DNA of 64,000 nt from Lingula anatina. Its lineage: Eukaryota > Animalia > Brachiopoda. Every line of letters begins with the position of its first letter. The stretch's first letter is position 1. Location: the NCBI GenBank assembly GCA_051362555.1, contig CM120644.1, positions 21,660,534 to 21,724,533 of the forward strand. The letters are read 5' to 3'. Positions 24,585-36,380 of the stretch are shown here, one piece after another. The position numbers and the translations under genes are program-made. The notes beneath the pieces are model-generated. The model made no database searches and was not told the origin of the DNA. It saw only the letters and a list, made by a program, of their open reading frames with translations.

Positions 24585-24720
24585 CACTTAAAGCTGGTAA
24601 AAACGGAAAGGAAATACAGATTGCATCCCCAAACACTGAATGATCTTCTGACCATTAAACTGGAAGGACCAACTGTTGCTAAATTTGACCCAATGAGAGC
24701 AATGAAAATGTGGTGGGTAA
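24585..24720 (+). mobile_element. hAT C-terminal dimerisation region fragment
   Basis: LKLVKTERKYRLHPQTLNDLLTIKLEGPTVAKFDPMRAMKMWW (ZNF862-like ending). Confidence 0.75.
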
Positions 24721-25559
24721 GTAAACAAGCAGTTTAAACTAGAAGATGAGAGAGGCGATACCACCTCCGGGTATCGTACCACCAGCTGGAGGAAGCGCAT
24801 TCGTATGTAAAGGCAAAAAAAGGACACCACCTCTAGTGTTGTGCTTGACAAAATCTACAAAATATTTTTAATTGAAAATTAAAATTTAAAACAAAATCAT
24901 GGGGAAGAGTAAAAGTTTAAATTCAAATTTGTGAAGTGCCATTCATGGCGAAAAGAAGGTCAAAGGTCAATTTTAATACCACAGATTGTCAGTATATGAC
25001 TTCTTATTCAAGTTCAGTAGTAACTATGGGCATATCTATGCCAGTTTTAAAGGTATAAGCATCAAAAAAGTTGCAAAATTCAGTTCTTAGTGAAAAGTAG
25101 GTCTATGATGGGGTGTAGAAATGCCATGGGGGTTCAGCTGAAAAAAAATTAACCCCTACTTACTACAATTTCAAGCTTGCACTGTGTACAGAAAAAGCTG
25201 CTTCTAAGTTAGTAATGCAAAAATATTTGAGTTTAGACTTATTTTATATTTAATTTCATTGCATTATTTCATTTCTAAAAGTATTCTTTTTACTATTTTT
25301 GATGTATAAATTGTAAAGTGATTGGTTGCAATTTGCCCAGTGCCCTGCCACATTTTTTTTTTTATCAAAATCAAAACAAAACTGATTTAAACTAAACAAA
25401 ACAGATTTAAGATCTTATAAGTCATTATTAATATATTAAAACTGTTTGTTTGAAATTCAGAAGTAATTATTGTCCTCAGTATTATTTCCAATGTTTACCT
25501 AAGTATTAATGAATTTGTGTTGACAAAGCTTCATTTTTTTCACATTATTTTAATTGAAG

Positions 25560-26320
25560 GTGACATTCATACCCAGTTACAAAGACACATTGACTTTCAT
25601 CTATTATTACTTCAAGATGTCATTGGTGCGTTGTGACAAGCTGCAGGAAATCCAAACAATACGAGATGCCCCACAATTAAAAGTCAAAGAGAACCACCAA
25701 GTGAGACGGTTTGCCTTTTATAAAAGCTATGACTCAGTACTCATTTATTGGACTGACATTATTTTGATGTCTATTATTCCTTTAAGTAACTGACCTTAGT
25801 TTAAAGTTCCAGAAGGAGGATTTGAATGTTGCAATGATTGGACCAAGTGTCAGAAATGCGATTCACCAACTTGCTGTGACATATGAATGTACAGACGTAT
25901 TGGAAAACCTGGACAGTAAAATTACAAAAGATGACGATGGGCATTTCACTTTGAAAGACATAGCAATTTACAACAAAAGGCTAGTCAGAGTCTGAGTGTA
26001 CACGGGGAACTAACAGTAACTGTTCTCCTTTTCATTAGAGCACAGCACATCCACATGGTGCTCTGGAAGCCTTATTTCTATTCTTATTTTTATTTCCAAG
26101 AATAAATTTATCTTAAAAATACCACCTGTTGTTCTATCCCGCTTACATTATTAGATGTGTAAATGTCTATTCTGAAGACTCTAAAGGGTTATGCCAATCT
26201 CCTTCAAAAAATTGTACCTTGATCAACAGGTAAAACAGTTCAAGTAGGGAGCAAAACATTTGTTGACGAACTTAAAGCTTTAGAGGAACGCTTCCCAATA
26301 GAAACACAATCAGAATCAAA
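25560..26320 (+). mobile_element. hAT (ZNF862-like) transposase mid-region fragments
   Basis: YKDTLTFIYYYFKMSLVRCDKLQEIQ...KVKENHQVRR, DLSLKFQKEDLNV and FVDELKALEERFP; split by the 25976-26199 segment. Confidence 0.7.
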
Positions 26321-28111
26321 GAAACTGAAACTGAAATGGATGTCATAATAAACAATACAGCTGTATATTATTTAGCTGACCAGTTTACCCATTAAGTTGT
26401 TCCAGTGACCAGACTGATGAATTAATGCAATATTTCACAAAAATTTTCAGTCACTACAAACACTCATAAAAATCTAATACACTGGGGTTTCCCCCCTTTC
26501 TTTAAAAACCAGAGCCAAGCTGCTATTAGTACAGGTGTTTGATATTTCAAAATAAATGAATCAGTGAATGACATAAACCATGTAAGTTCTTTCTAGAAAT
26601 TTCGCATGTCTTTGGAAACTTACAACCCTTTTCTTTAAAATTGTTCCTGCAGTTTTAGTAGCATAGTTAAAGAATTTTTTGTTAAGACCTAGTCATTGTA
26701 TAATGCACCTGTATCTAATCAATCATTAATAATAAAAATTACAATGGTCCTAGTGTAAGATTAAAAACAATCGTAAAGGGGTTCGATACATTATGAACAC
26801 ATTTGGCTAAATAGATTTCTCCCATGGTTCATCCATATAAAATGACTTGATATAAAGACAATAAAAAAAACCTATAAAAGTAAAAACTACTTTGTTGTTT
26901 TCTTCAAAACCTCACATGTTCTGCACATTGAGTGGCCAAGCTTATGTAGTCAGTTTAACTGCTCTGTAAATAAGTGACTGGTCTACTATGTAATTCTGTA
27001 TCTAAGTAAGATATCACCATAAAGATTAGCATGGCAGGCAATGGAGGTGTCAACTACAACTCAGTGCCATCTCTTTTAGTTTGTTTGTTTCAGAGATATG
27101 AACCCAAAATTATGAAGTTCCATTAAAAAGACAATTAATACATTTTTGATGATAAGTTCAGAAGCCTTTCAAGAAAATTTTCTGGCAATTGTAGTATCTA
27201 CTGTAGTTATTGAATAGTTACTGAATAGGCATTAAACCAATGCTGATAGCTCTTCAAGTTCAAGTGAGGAAAATGCAGGCAAAATCAATATATAATTGTT
27301 CACCCTAAAAACATTGCTGTTATGTCATTAGTTCTAACTGGCAAACTTACCTTGAAGTATTTAACACCTGTAGCATTTATATATCTCATAACATGACAGT
27401 GTTTATTTCTACAGATAAAAAATACAAATGTATCGACCCCCTTTAGTAACACACCTTGAACTTCTCTGAGGAAAATTTGTTAAATATCTGTTTTTTGTGC
27501 AAAATCTTACACTAGGCACCTCTAATAAATTACAGACTTTGGCTTCCTGATGCTGACTTGTAGTAACACTTGTTGTTATTATGGAGAAGACAATATACCA
27601 ATGTTCAGGGAGATCTGTGAGAAATTCGAGATCCTCAAGATATGCTGACATGAAGCAAAAGTCGATAATTTATTATATATAATTCATTACCTGAATGTCA
27701 ATGTCCTCCAAGATGGCATCAAAAGTTGCAACACTGCTGCCGAGCCAACATGACATGTCCTGACAAGTTCAAGATGTACTTCCTTTGTGGGGGGCTACTG
27801 AAACTGCTGACACTGGCACTATCAAAAGCCTGAACAAAAAATAGTAATTAACAATAATTACTACCATCCACATCTCTGATGATAGGTCTTTCAATCACCA
27901 AAGTTTCAACTTCTCACTCTTACTGTGTATGAGTTAGCAAAAATTACACTATGAAAAGAACTTAGAATCATCTACACACCCTCCCCCCCCCCCTAAAAAA
28001 AAAAAAAAAGACAACATTCTTAAATCATCTCAACAACTATGATAGTACTTTTCCTCAGTTTTTATGCCTCTTTAATATCACTTTGCTGTAATAATAAAGT
28101 ACAGATGGGAA

Positions 28112-28361
28112 ACTAGAAAAGCACTCAGAGAGTGCAGACTTCTGCCAAGGCAGCAAAGTCTCCATCCAATGCTGTTTTGCAATATTTTTATTACTGTCTG
28201 ATTGATTATTGATCACCACCAAAACTAATCATCTGTTCCTTGGCCCACTTCTGACAGTTCCTGAAAATTTCATCGAAATCCGTCCGTAACTTTCTGAGTT
28301 ATGTTGATGACAAAAAAACAAACAAACAGGGGTGAAAACATAACCTCCTTGGCGGAGGTAA
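28112..28361 (+). mobile_element. Helentron-associated non-autonomous element (HINE/DINE-1-like)
   Basis: Starts ACTAGA, has subterminal IR CTGCCAAGG / CCTTGGCGG, an (AAAC)n tract and a terminal hairpin ACCTCC-TTGGC-GGAGGT. Confidence 0.75.
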
Positions 28362-28976
28362 CTATTTTCCAGTCATCCTTCCACACAGGCAAAACAGAGG
28401 TATAAAGTTAAAACTCACTTAAAATTAAGTCACTTTGTCAACTGGAGTGAACTGCCTTTGTCATTCTTATAAATATCTATGGTGAATAACGCACTTTACA
28501 CACTTTTTTGCCTTTGCAAGTCCAATTTTTGGTTAACATGCACAGCTACTGAAGCTGGTGGTATATGTATAGACATATACAGAATGAAAATGTGTTAGTT
28601 GAGATATTCTGGTTGCGTGTGGGTGAGAACTAGTAATGCTGAGCACTGGGTGACAGTAGAGCCATATCTACCCTAGGTTCTAGATTTTCTTGTGTAAGAG
28701 GATGATTTTTGTTGAATTATCAATGATTAATGGATCATCCCCATTTTAAAAATAAAAATATTATGAATGTGTGGGAATATATCTATTCTTGTATGAAATG
28801 AGCAAAAAATTCCTGAGGATATTGATGAATGCAAAGAGCTTGATTTATTTTAGTGAAAACAAACCAAGACTTCATCCACTTTTTTCCAAGTTGATCCAAA
28901 GTACTCAAATTTTCAATTCAGCAATAACCTCAAGTAAAATGAAAACACTACTAATAGTATTGGTATAACCAGTATT

Positions 28977-28978
<2 letters not shown>

Positions 28979-29029
<51 letters not shown>

Positions 29030-29036
29030 CGCGTGT
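28979..29036. repeat. (GT)n(GC)n microsatellite
   Basis: Direct dinucleotide run. Confidence 0.95.
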
Positions 29037-29534
29037 GAATGGATACAGATGCACTACAGACAATTTAAAAGTAAGTTAACTTTCCCAGATTTGACAGGAC
29101 ACCTTGTTGAATGCTGTCTGGAACTAGATCAGATTCTATGACATGTAGCCTGCCCTTGCTATTGACTGTGGTAGATAGCCCTAGTGCTGGTAGATGAATT
29201 CATAATCACTTCATTGTATTATGATGGCAATAATGTTCCTATTATGCACTCAAACCATTCAAGTAAACCCCTTGATTATTAAACCACATCAACATTCAGA
29301 GCGGGAAAAACGACTTACCCATCAACCCCCAGTACTTGGAAGCTGCACGATCACCGTCTCGTCCATCTTGGCTTTTTTATCTTGTGTATCACTTCCCTCC
29401 ACCTCTCTATCGTTTCTTCAAAATATATCAGCCATAGTTTGAACTACCCTCCACTTCAACTGTCACTCTTTCTCTTTTTTCCGAGATGCAGATAGCATCT
29501 CGCTTCGCTTTCTCCTCCATTTGTTCTTCGTTTA

Positions 29535-29615
29535 CCGCCATACTTGTTATGCAAATGAGTAAACGTCATCCGTTTGGCGGGCTTTTGCCTTGGGGCGGAA
29601 GAGGGGGGGGGGGAG
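29535..29615 (-). promoter_or_regulatory. CpG-rich Pol II promoter
   Basis: YY1-like CCGCCATAC at ~29535, octamer ATGCAAAT at 29549-29556, half-CRE ACGTCA at 29563, E2F-like TTTGGCGG at 29573 and GC box GGGGCGG at 29593, clustered in an AT-rich background. Confidence 0.6.
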
Positions 29616-29692
29616 ACAGCGCACTGATTTATTTTAAGCGTTTATTAAGTCTAACATGAACACATTTCTTTAGTAATTTTAATGGCATCTAC

Positions 29693-29963
29693 CAGGGGCG
29701 GATCAAGGATTATTTAAAGAGGGGTCCGCGGATGCAAAGCCGACTCTCCCCCCCCCAACGCCCTTGGCGTGGGGGTGGGGCCCCGATGAAGGGTCCCGAA
29801 AAAATGATATTTTAGATGGCAAACGGTGACATTTGGCACGATTTGGAACTATGATTCAGCTTGTCAAAAAACTAATTTCAAGAGGGGACCATTGGTGTGA
29901 TTTTTTTCAGAAATAGAAGGGGGCAGTCTGGATCACCCTGACACCTCCCTTATTCCGCCGTTG
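29693..29963. mobile_element. hAT-like MITE
   Basis: Ends CAGGGGCGGATC / TATTCCGCCGTTG, flanked on both sides by ATCTAC. Confidence 0.65.
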
Positions 29964-30639
29964 ATCTACTAGTAGCAGTATATATATATATATATATATA
30001 TACGGTAAATTGTTTGAGAGGGCTACGGCTCTAATTTGATTTAGAATGTCAAAAGGTAACTACATGCCAAATTTGGTGCTTTTATCCGCCGTGTCACGAT
30101 TTTTTCCTTAAGTCACAGGACTAGTAGGCCCCTAGGCATGATGATAAGGACTTGACAACGTTAAGAAAGCGGACATTTTGTAGTTCGTTGATTGATTACA
30201 TTTGAATTTTTCTTTCTTTTTTCTTTTTCTTTTTTTTTCATCCATTTTACTTTCTTTTCTTTTTTTTTTTTTCTAGAATTAATGGTCATTACATTTTAAT
30301 TTTTCTCAGTGCATTTATTCTGTGGCCATTGAATAGATTCTGAACATTCTACAACTGGCTTTTATTCATCGTTTTATTCCATAACACAAAAAATCGTTTA
30401 CTCTCTCTTAACCTTTTTTATTTATTTTTACTCATTTCAGAAGTGATTTAAAGTTTTCTTTTGTCAAATGAAATTGTTTACAGAATGATATTGAAAAGTG
30501 TTATGAAATTCGTATATAAAATTTCATGGGTAAAAACTGACATCCACATTACTGTCACATTTCAGCAGAAATAACAAAACAATAATAACCTAAAAATCAC
30601 CAGTCGTACATTAAAACAACGCTCTTTTAATTTTGATGT

Positions 30640-30779
30640 GGTAATCGAAGCCGCCATTTCAATAAAGACCAAGATGACGCGCAGTGAGAAATCGTGACGC
30701 CATAATGAACGTGGCTTGTCTTGATATATGCATAATCACCACGTTACCAAGGTAATTTAGAATTTCCGAATGCGTGACA
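30640..30779 (+). promoter_or_regulatory. Promoter/5' UTR of the coiled-coil gene
   Basis: CpG-enriched; YY1-type GCCGCCATTT at 30650-30659 and TGACG motifs; lies directly upstream of ATGG|GTGAGT. Confidence 0.55.
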
Positions 30780-33700
30780 ATGGGTGAGTAATTTTTTTAG
30801 CTCTCTTTCACCAATATATTTTCAGTGCAAGATACGAAATTATATGAAGCATGGTGAAATTTATTACTTCTTTATCTTCTATCTATGTTTTAAATACAAT
30901 TTTATTAACTAAATCAAAATTTTCGTAGTATAAATGAATATAATTGAGGAAGGCCAAGAATATATTGCAAAATCGACAGGCCTACAATAAATTGGTTTTT
31001 TTACTCATTTGCTTGGCAAATCTCTTAAATTCCAGGGCACACCACATTGCAAAAGACGTTTTACAAAATGCAATATATACTCGTTGTGAATTATTCTGTT
31101 ACATAAAAAAATTAATGGGTCGGGTATGTCTAATGCTGTCCAATGGGACTTTTTCGGGTAAAAAAACTACCATCAAACGGGGACTGACAACAAAGATAGA
31201 ATATTATTCGAATGGTGTGCACATACGAATATCTAAATACCATGTTACATGGTTTTGATTTCGCATCGCCCTCGATATATCAGAGTAAAATACTCCAATC
31301 CATTTTTCATTACTTTCCTAAAGGCATAACTAATTCATTGTATGCCTATATACTAAATTATTTCGGAGAACTTGGAGAGAAAAAACTTTATCTTGTCGTT
31401 GAATACAGTCTTTATATTATAAACCAAGACAAGGTGGGCTCAAAAAGAAATCGACGCATTCGGGCATTTACATAAGCAATCACATGTCTAAAACTGGCGG
31501 ATTCGGGGTAGCAATGATGGGCTAGTGGGTGCATATTATCATAAATATCATATTAGATAAACAGTCAAATTAATTCTGGGGAGTTGAAATCCAATGTTAA
31601 ACTGACACAATTTGCCATTTGTGTCCTAATATTACGATTTGAAAAAAATCACGTTCTCGCGTTCTTATTTTAGGTCTATTTAAAATTCGGAAGAAAAGAG
31701 CGATCGAGGTTTCGAATGAACTAGAACGTGCGAAGATTAATCACCACCTAATGGTATTGAAATGCCAGATGGACGAAGTGTTGAATAGAGTGAACACGAA
31801 CAAAAGCGCTCTCCAGAACACCAAGGAGGCTATCAGTTTTGCAGATACACATACTGAAGAAACCACTTCAAAAATAGCAGATTTGGAGAAACGTATCGGT
31901 AGGTAATTTTAAAAAGGTTTATATTTCGCTCATTAATTATCTTATTTATGGAATAATAACAAACCGGCAATTGAACTGAAATAAGGGGAAAAACTTTTGA
32001 GGAAAGTGTTGTAAGATTAGGGAAATTGTCAATGTACCGGTATGCTACTAAGTATAGATAGCGATTTATATAATCCAAACAGTGATTTTCTATCGTCAGG
32101 ATGAACCGTTTTTGTGGATGTTCTTTTAATGAAGGCTTTTAACTTGCCGTTCTGTTTTTGTGCTGTGCAAATTGACTTTTTATCTTTTTTCTCTCAGACT
32201 TCTTGGGCAGCGAACGAGAGATTAACACTGAAAGGATGGTCACTCTTGAAAGGAGAATGGCCCAATTGGAGAGGGAGTTTCGACGCGAGAAAGAGGATAA
32301 AAAGCTGCTGAAGTGGGAGAAAGAAGCAATGGTGAATCGTGTTACTGGGCTCATGTTGACTATATCTCGTCAACATGACGAAATTGACAGGCTCAATGGA
32401 CTTCTGGAGGCTAAGGTAAGGACATTCTGTTTTTATAATATATACCTATATATTAGATTTACATTATATACCTATATATATATATATATTTTTTTATTGC
32501 AATAGAAAAAAAGCAAGTACATAAATTTTTACAAGCACACAATATTCATTACAATACCAAAGTCCACAAGGATTTAACGAATAAGAAAATTATAGTCAAT
32601 AATTTGTATACATGCAACTACACAAATCCATATATACCCCTCCATTTCTGCCATATAACATTGAATTTATCTAAGTCTTGAGATACAATGTATTTTTGCT
32701 TATAGATTTTGTATATATTTTCTAAATAAAGTTGAAGTTTTGTGAGTAACAGTGCGTCTTTCTGACATTTTGTTTTGTATATGAAAAACTTAATGTGTAT
32801 AGTCATGATTATATTGGATACATTACGTTCATTAATGTCAATTAAAATAAACTGTATATTACTGAAATTTAAATATATATTACAAGAAATTAACCATGCT
32901 TCTACTTGGCGTAAGAAGTTTTGTACAATATTACAATCCCAAAGTATATGATATATAGTTTCTACCTCCTCGTGGCAAAATGTACACATAGGTGATTGAC
33001 TTAGGCCAGTTTTATATACAAAGTTATTTGTGGTGAGGATTCTATAGAAAATTCGAAACTGGAACCACAGCATTTTTGTGTCCTTTACCGACACATTGGT
33101 TTTCTTATATATCTTTTCCCAAAAACTATGATCCCGAGGAGTAAAAATATTTGACCATTTTTCCTCAAAAATAGGCCTAACATTCGAGCTATTTAATATG
33201 TCGTACATATCTTTTGATCCCCTTGTTTGTCTTACAATAACTCGTATACCTTCTGGTTGCCACGGACCGTACATTTTGATTTTATGTGGATTGAATTTTT
33301 TTCTGTATAGATCATTTATTGTTGCGATAATACCATTGTATTGTAAAAAATTGATTTTAATATTGAAGAGTTCAGTACCTATATATTAGATTTCCATTTA
33401 ATAGACAGATACGCCAATCATTTCTTGTCCGCACTGCGTCCAGCTTTAACAATAATATTAAAAAAAACAAAAAAAAACAAACAAACAGGACCTTGGTCTA
33501 CTCCCCCAACGGACAATATTCCTTTCTTTACGATTAGATTTATTTTAAATTGCTTACATGGTTTTGCATTGTGTGGCTTGAATTTTACTTCATTATTCAG
33601 CCACCTGATGATGCTACAGGTATGACGGGACTGAGCAAGCCATATGAAGAAGTCGGGCCTATCGTGATCAAGATTACTGGAGGTTCGTATTGATAAAGAA

Positions 33701-35826
33701 GCAGATGAATTTGTGACTCGGTATTATGTTTTGTGTTTAATGATGCATCCAGTTGTTTATGTGCTGAATTGTTGATCTGTCGCTGCCATGCATTGATCTT
33801 TTTATAAGTCTTGATTAATATATATTTTTACAATCGATTATTCTACAGGTATGTTGATATTTACCCTTACAAACACTGTATTATTCTGCATATCATAATT
33901 AATTTTTCAGTTATATATCCAATTTCCCATACTAATTAACTTATAAAAATGATGTAACATTTTAGATGCGGATACTCCTGGAGGAGGGGATAAGAACGAT
34001 ACTAAAGCTGCCCAAGACGATGAAAAGGTGAAAGATTCGTTTATAATAAATGGTTCCATTTTTTGTTTGTTTTAGGTCCATTCATCAGCCATTCATTTTT
34101 GTTCATTTAAATTGTTCTGATATTTCGGCAACTTGTACACGTGTACCATATATATGTAGTCGCCAAATATCTCCGTCAGTTAAAATGGATTGTCTGTTGA
34201 CCGCATAAATCTGTTTCCTAATAAATTTTTAAAAAGTTTGGTTCTTATTCCAGGCTGAAAGCGCCCGACTGAAACGTCTGGAAGTCGAGATAGACCAGAT
34301 AGGGGAAAAACTTGGTCAAATGGAAGGTCCGTACAAATGTCACGTTTCTTTTATTTAAAAATCATCAGCTTTTCAACTGCCCTGTCCCATCTAGCACTGC
34401 ATATTTTCGGATCATTTTTGTTCTTTTTTTTCTTAAGAAATAACAGCACTCAAATAAAAAGTATCTAATTAAATAAAATATCGTTGAATGTCTTGATCGT
34501 AGTTTTTCATCTTTGTCTTTGTAATGTCCTTTGTTACCAGTTCACTCATTTTCATTGCATTATTATAGAAGAAGGGTATGCAGCTAAAGATCACAGTGTT
34601 GCCCCAAAGACAGACACTCTGGATTTCCTAATGAAGGAAGAGGTTTGTAAATAGATATTATCATTTCGCTATAAAATGAATACATATCGTTTGTTTTTAT
34701 TCTTGGTTATAGCGCAATATTGTCGGCTTTATTGTTTACATTGTTTTAAACACAACCAAAGCGTACCATGTAAATCGAAAAGTCATTGGTCTATGGCTAA
34801 ATTATGGACAGAAATACGCATAATGCACAGCCTATTTTGTGTAGACCATCAATGGATCCTACAATCAAATATTTTGTATTAAGCTGGTGTATTTTTTCAG
34901 ACACAGCTTACAGTCAAGGCATCTCCAAAAGAAGGGGGTGACGAAGGAGGTGGGGCCATGCTCAAGAGACTGGAGGACATTGCCCTCTCCATGGACGAGA
35001 AGCCCATCGCCATCCTTGACGACCCAAGCCTTCAGGCTGAGGCAGGCGTGGCAGAAGACAGCACAGTTATCCCTGAGGTAGTCATGCTGGAGGCCGAGAT
35101 GAAAGAGGTTTGTTCATGAATAATGCAGGCCCTGTACAAATGAAATTTATTTATATTTGTATTTAGTGCTCGTGATATTAAATTTAAATTAGATTATTAT
35201 TTAAAGGGGACTTATTTCAGTAAAGTATTTAATTTTTTCTGACTTAGGGAGTAATTGGACTTAAACAAATCCAACATTTGAGCGTACATACATGTAACTA
35301 CCGGAGCATGTTCTTATAGAAATAGGCCAGTAGTAAACTATACAATCAAAGGCTCTATTCCCATAGATTTTAGATCGATCTATCCCCGCGGGGAGTCTCA
35401 CTAGATTACTTTCAGATAATCCGACTTAAATGTCCGTCCCGCCTACTACAAGCTGTAAGAGGGTAATTAACTTTCGTGTCCGCCCGGCTGACAGCTATTT
35501 AGCGTGAACCCCCGGGGAGTTAGGTCGATCTAAAGTAGGTCGATCTAATCTATGGAAATGGGGTGAAAATGTACAAATTATTGAATTTTGGTCCGTTGCA
35601 GCCTTCTGTCAAAGCATGCCCAACTGAAGAGATGCCAAACACCGTTCTCGAGGACACCGCCGGGGACGACGCATCTCCCAACCTTGTCCACCTGGAGAAC
35701 CAGGAGCCAATAGCCGACGTGGTGTTGGCAGCACAGCCCCAGGCCGCAAAGGACAAGAAACGCAACAAGAAAGTCAGGAAGGGGCGCAATAAGAAGAAGG
35801 GCGTCTTCCGTTACCACTGCTTTTAA
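30780..35826 (+). CDS. Uncharacterised ~389-aa coiled-coil protein with acidic low-complexity middle and basic termini (9 coding exons)
   Basis: Exons 30780-30783, 31674-31898, 32198-32415, 33601-33682, 33966-34027, 34254-34326, 34569-34642, 34901-35107 and 35602-35826. All introns are GT-AG with compatible phases, total 1170 nt with no internal stop. Protein MGLFKIRKKRAIEVSNELERAK...KDKKRNKKVRKGRNKKKGVFRYHCF*. The exon 4 donor is the least certain boundary. Confidence 0.8.
32461..33375 (-). mobile_element. 5'-truncated L1/Tx1-type LINE (zf-RVT C-terminus) in intron 3
   Basis: Open frame NFLQYNGII...WFQFRIFYRILTTN...CTFCHEEVETIYHILWDC; AATAAA and AT-rich tail near 32490; 18-bp TSD TACCTATATATTAGATTT at 32443-32460 and 33376-33393. 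Confidence 0.92.
35358..35560 (+). mobile_element. MITE, copy 1 (intron 8)
   Basis: TIR-like ends TTCCCATAGATTTTAGATCGATC / GTCGATCTAATCTATGGAA; homologous to 36381-36593. Confidence 0.8.
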
Positions 35827-36380
35827 GTTGACATCACGAGCGGTGGACGAGGCGTGGGACATTAACAACATCACAGCTTCAAATTCTAATATTTAACAAT
35901 CATTTGTAAGCGAAATGCAAATTTAAAGATTTTTTGTCAGATTACAGGGGAAAAGAGGGTGGGAGGGGGTTAAGGGGGTTAATTGTTATCAAACTGTGTC
36001 AGCTTACTCGCGTATATCTATAATTTATATAGCACTTGATGATGGAACAAAATACTCATGCATATGCCTGTACTATAATTATATTTCACAATGTAGAATA
36101 ATCTCATAACTGAAAATTAAAATAGTTCTTTTCTTACACAACTCTTTTGTTGTCATTTTTCAAAATGATGAAAAGATTTAAAAATCTCTTTTCAAACGAA
36201 CTGCTACGTTACTGAAGTGTGAAGGGGGGCTGCCCTTTTATACAGACTGACTTGATAGAGGGGTTGAACTCCCAAGAGGACGCAGGTTGAGTAGATTGAT
36301 AATTTAGATATTTACACTCTTTTACACAAAGTTCACTTTGAAAAATATGTGCACGGGTTTACTTCATATCTTGGACTGGG

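Larger units (their letters stand above)
27351..29560 (-). ncRNA. Candidate spliced non-coding (or decayed) minus-strand transcript, 5' exons
   Basis: First exon from ~29560 to the strong donor GG|GTAAGT at 29319. Candidate exons 27829-27691 (TTTTTTGTTCAG / CAG|GTAATG) and 27408-27351 (TTTTATCTGTAG / AAG|GTAAGT). No continuous reading frame across them. Confidence 0.45.

Noticed and set aside
27409-27651. 80-aa minus-strand ORF as a coding exon
   Set aside because: Falls between candidate exons, with no convincing homology or splice boundaries.
33683-33720. Extension of exon 4 (LLEVRIDKEADEFVTR)
   Set aside because: Lies in a different frame with an upstream stop; the donor at 33683 gives a consistent model.
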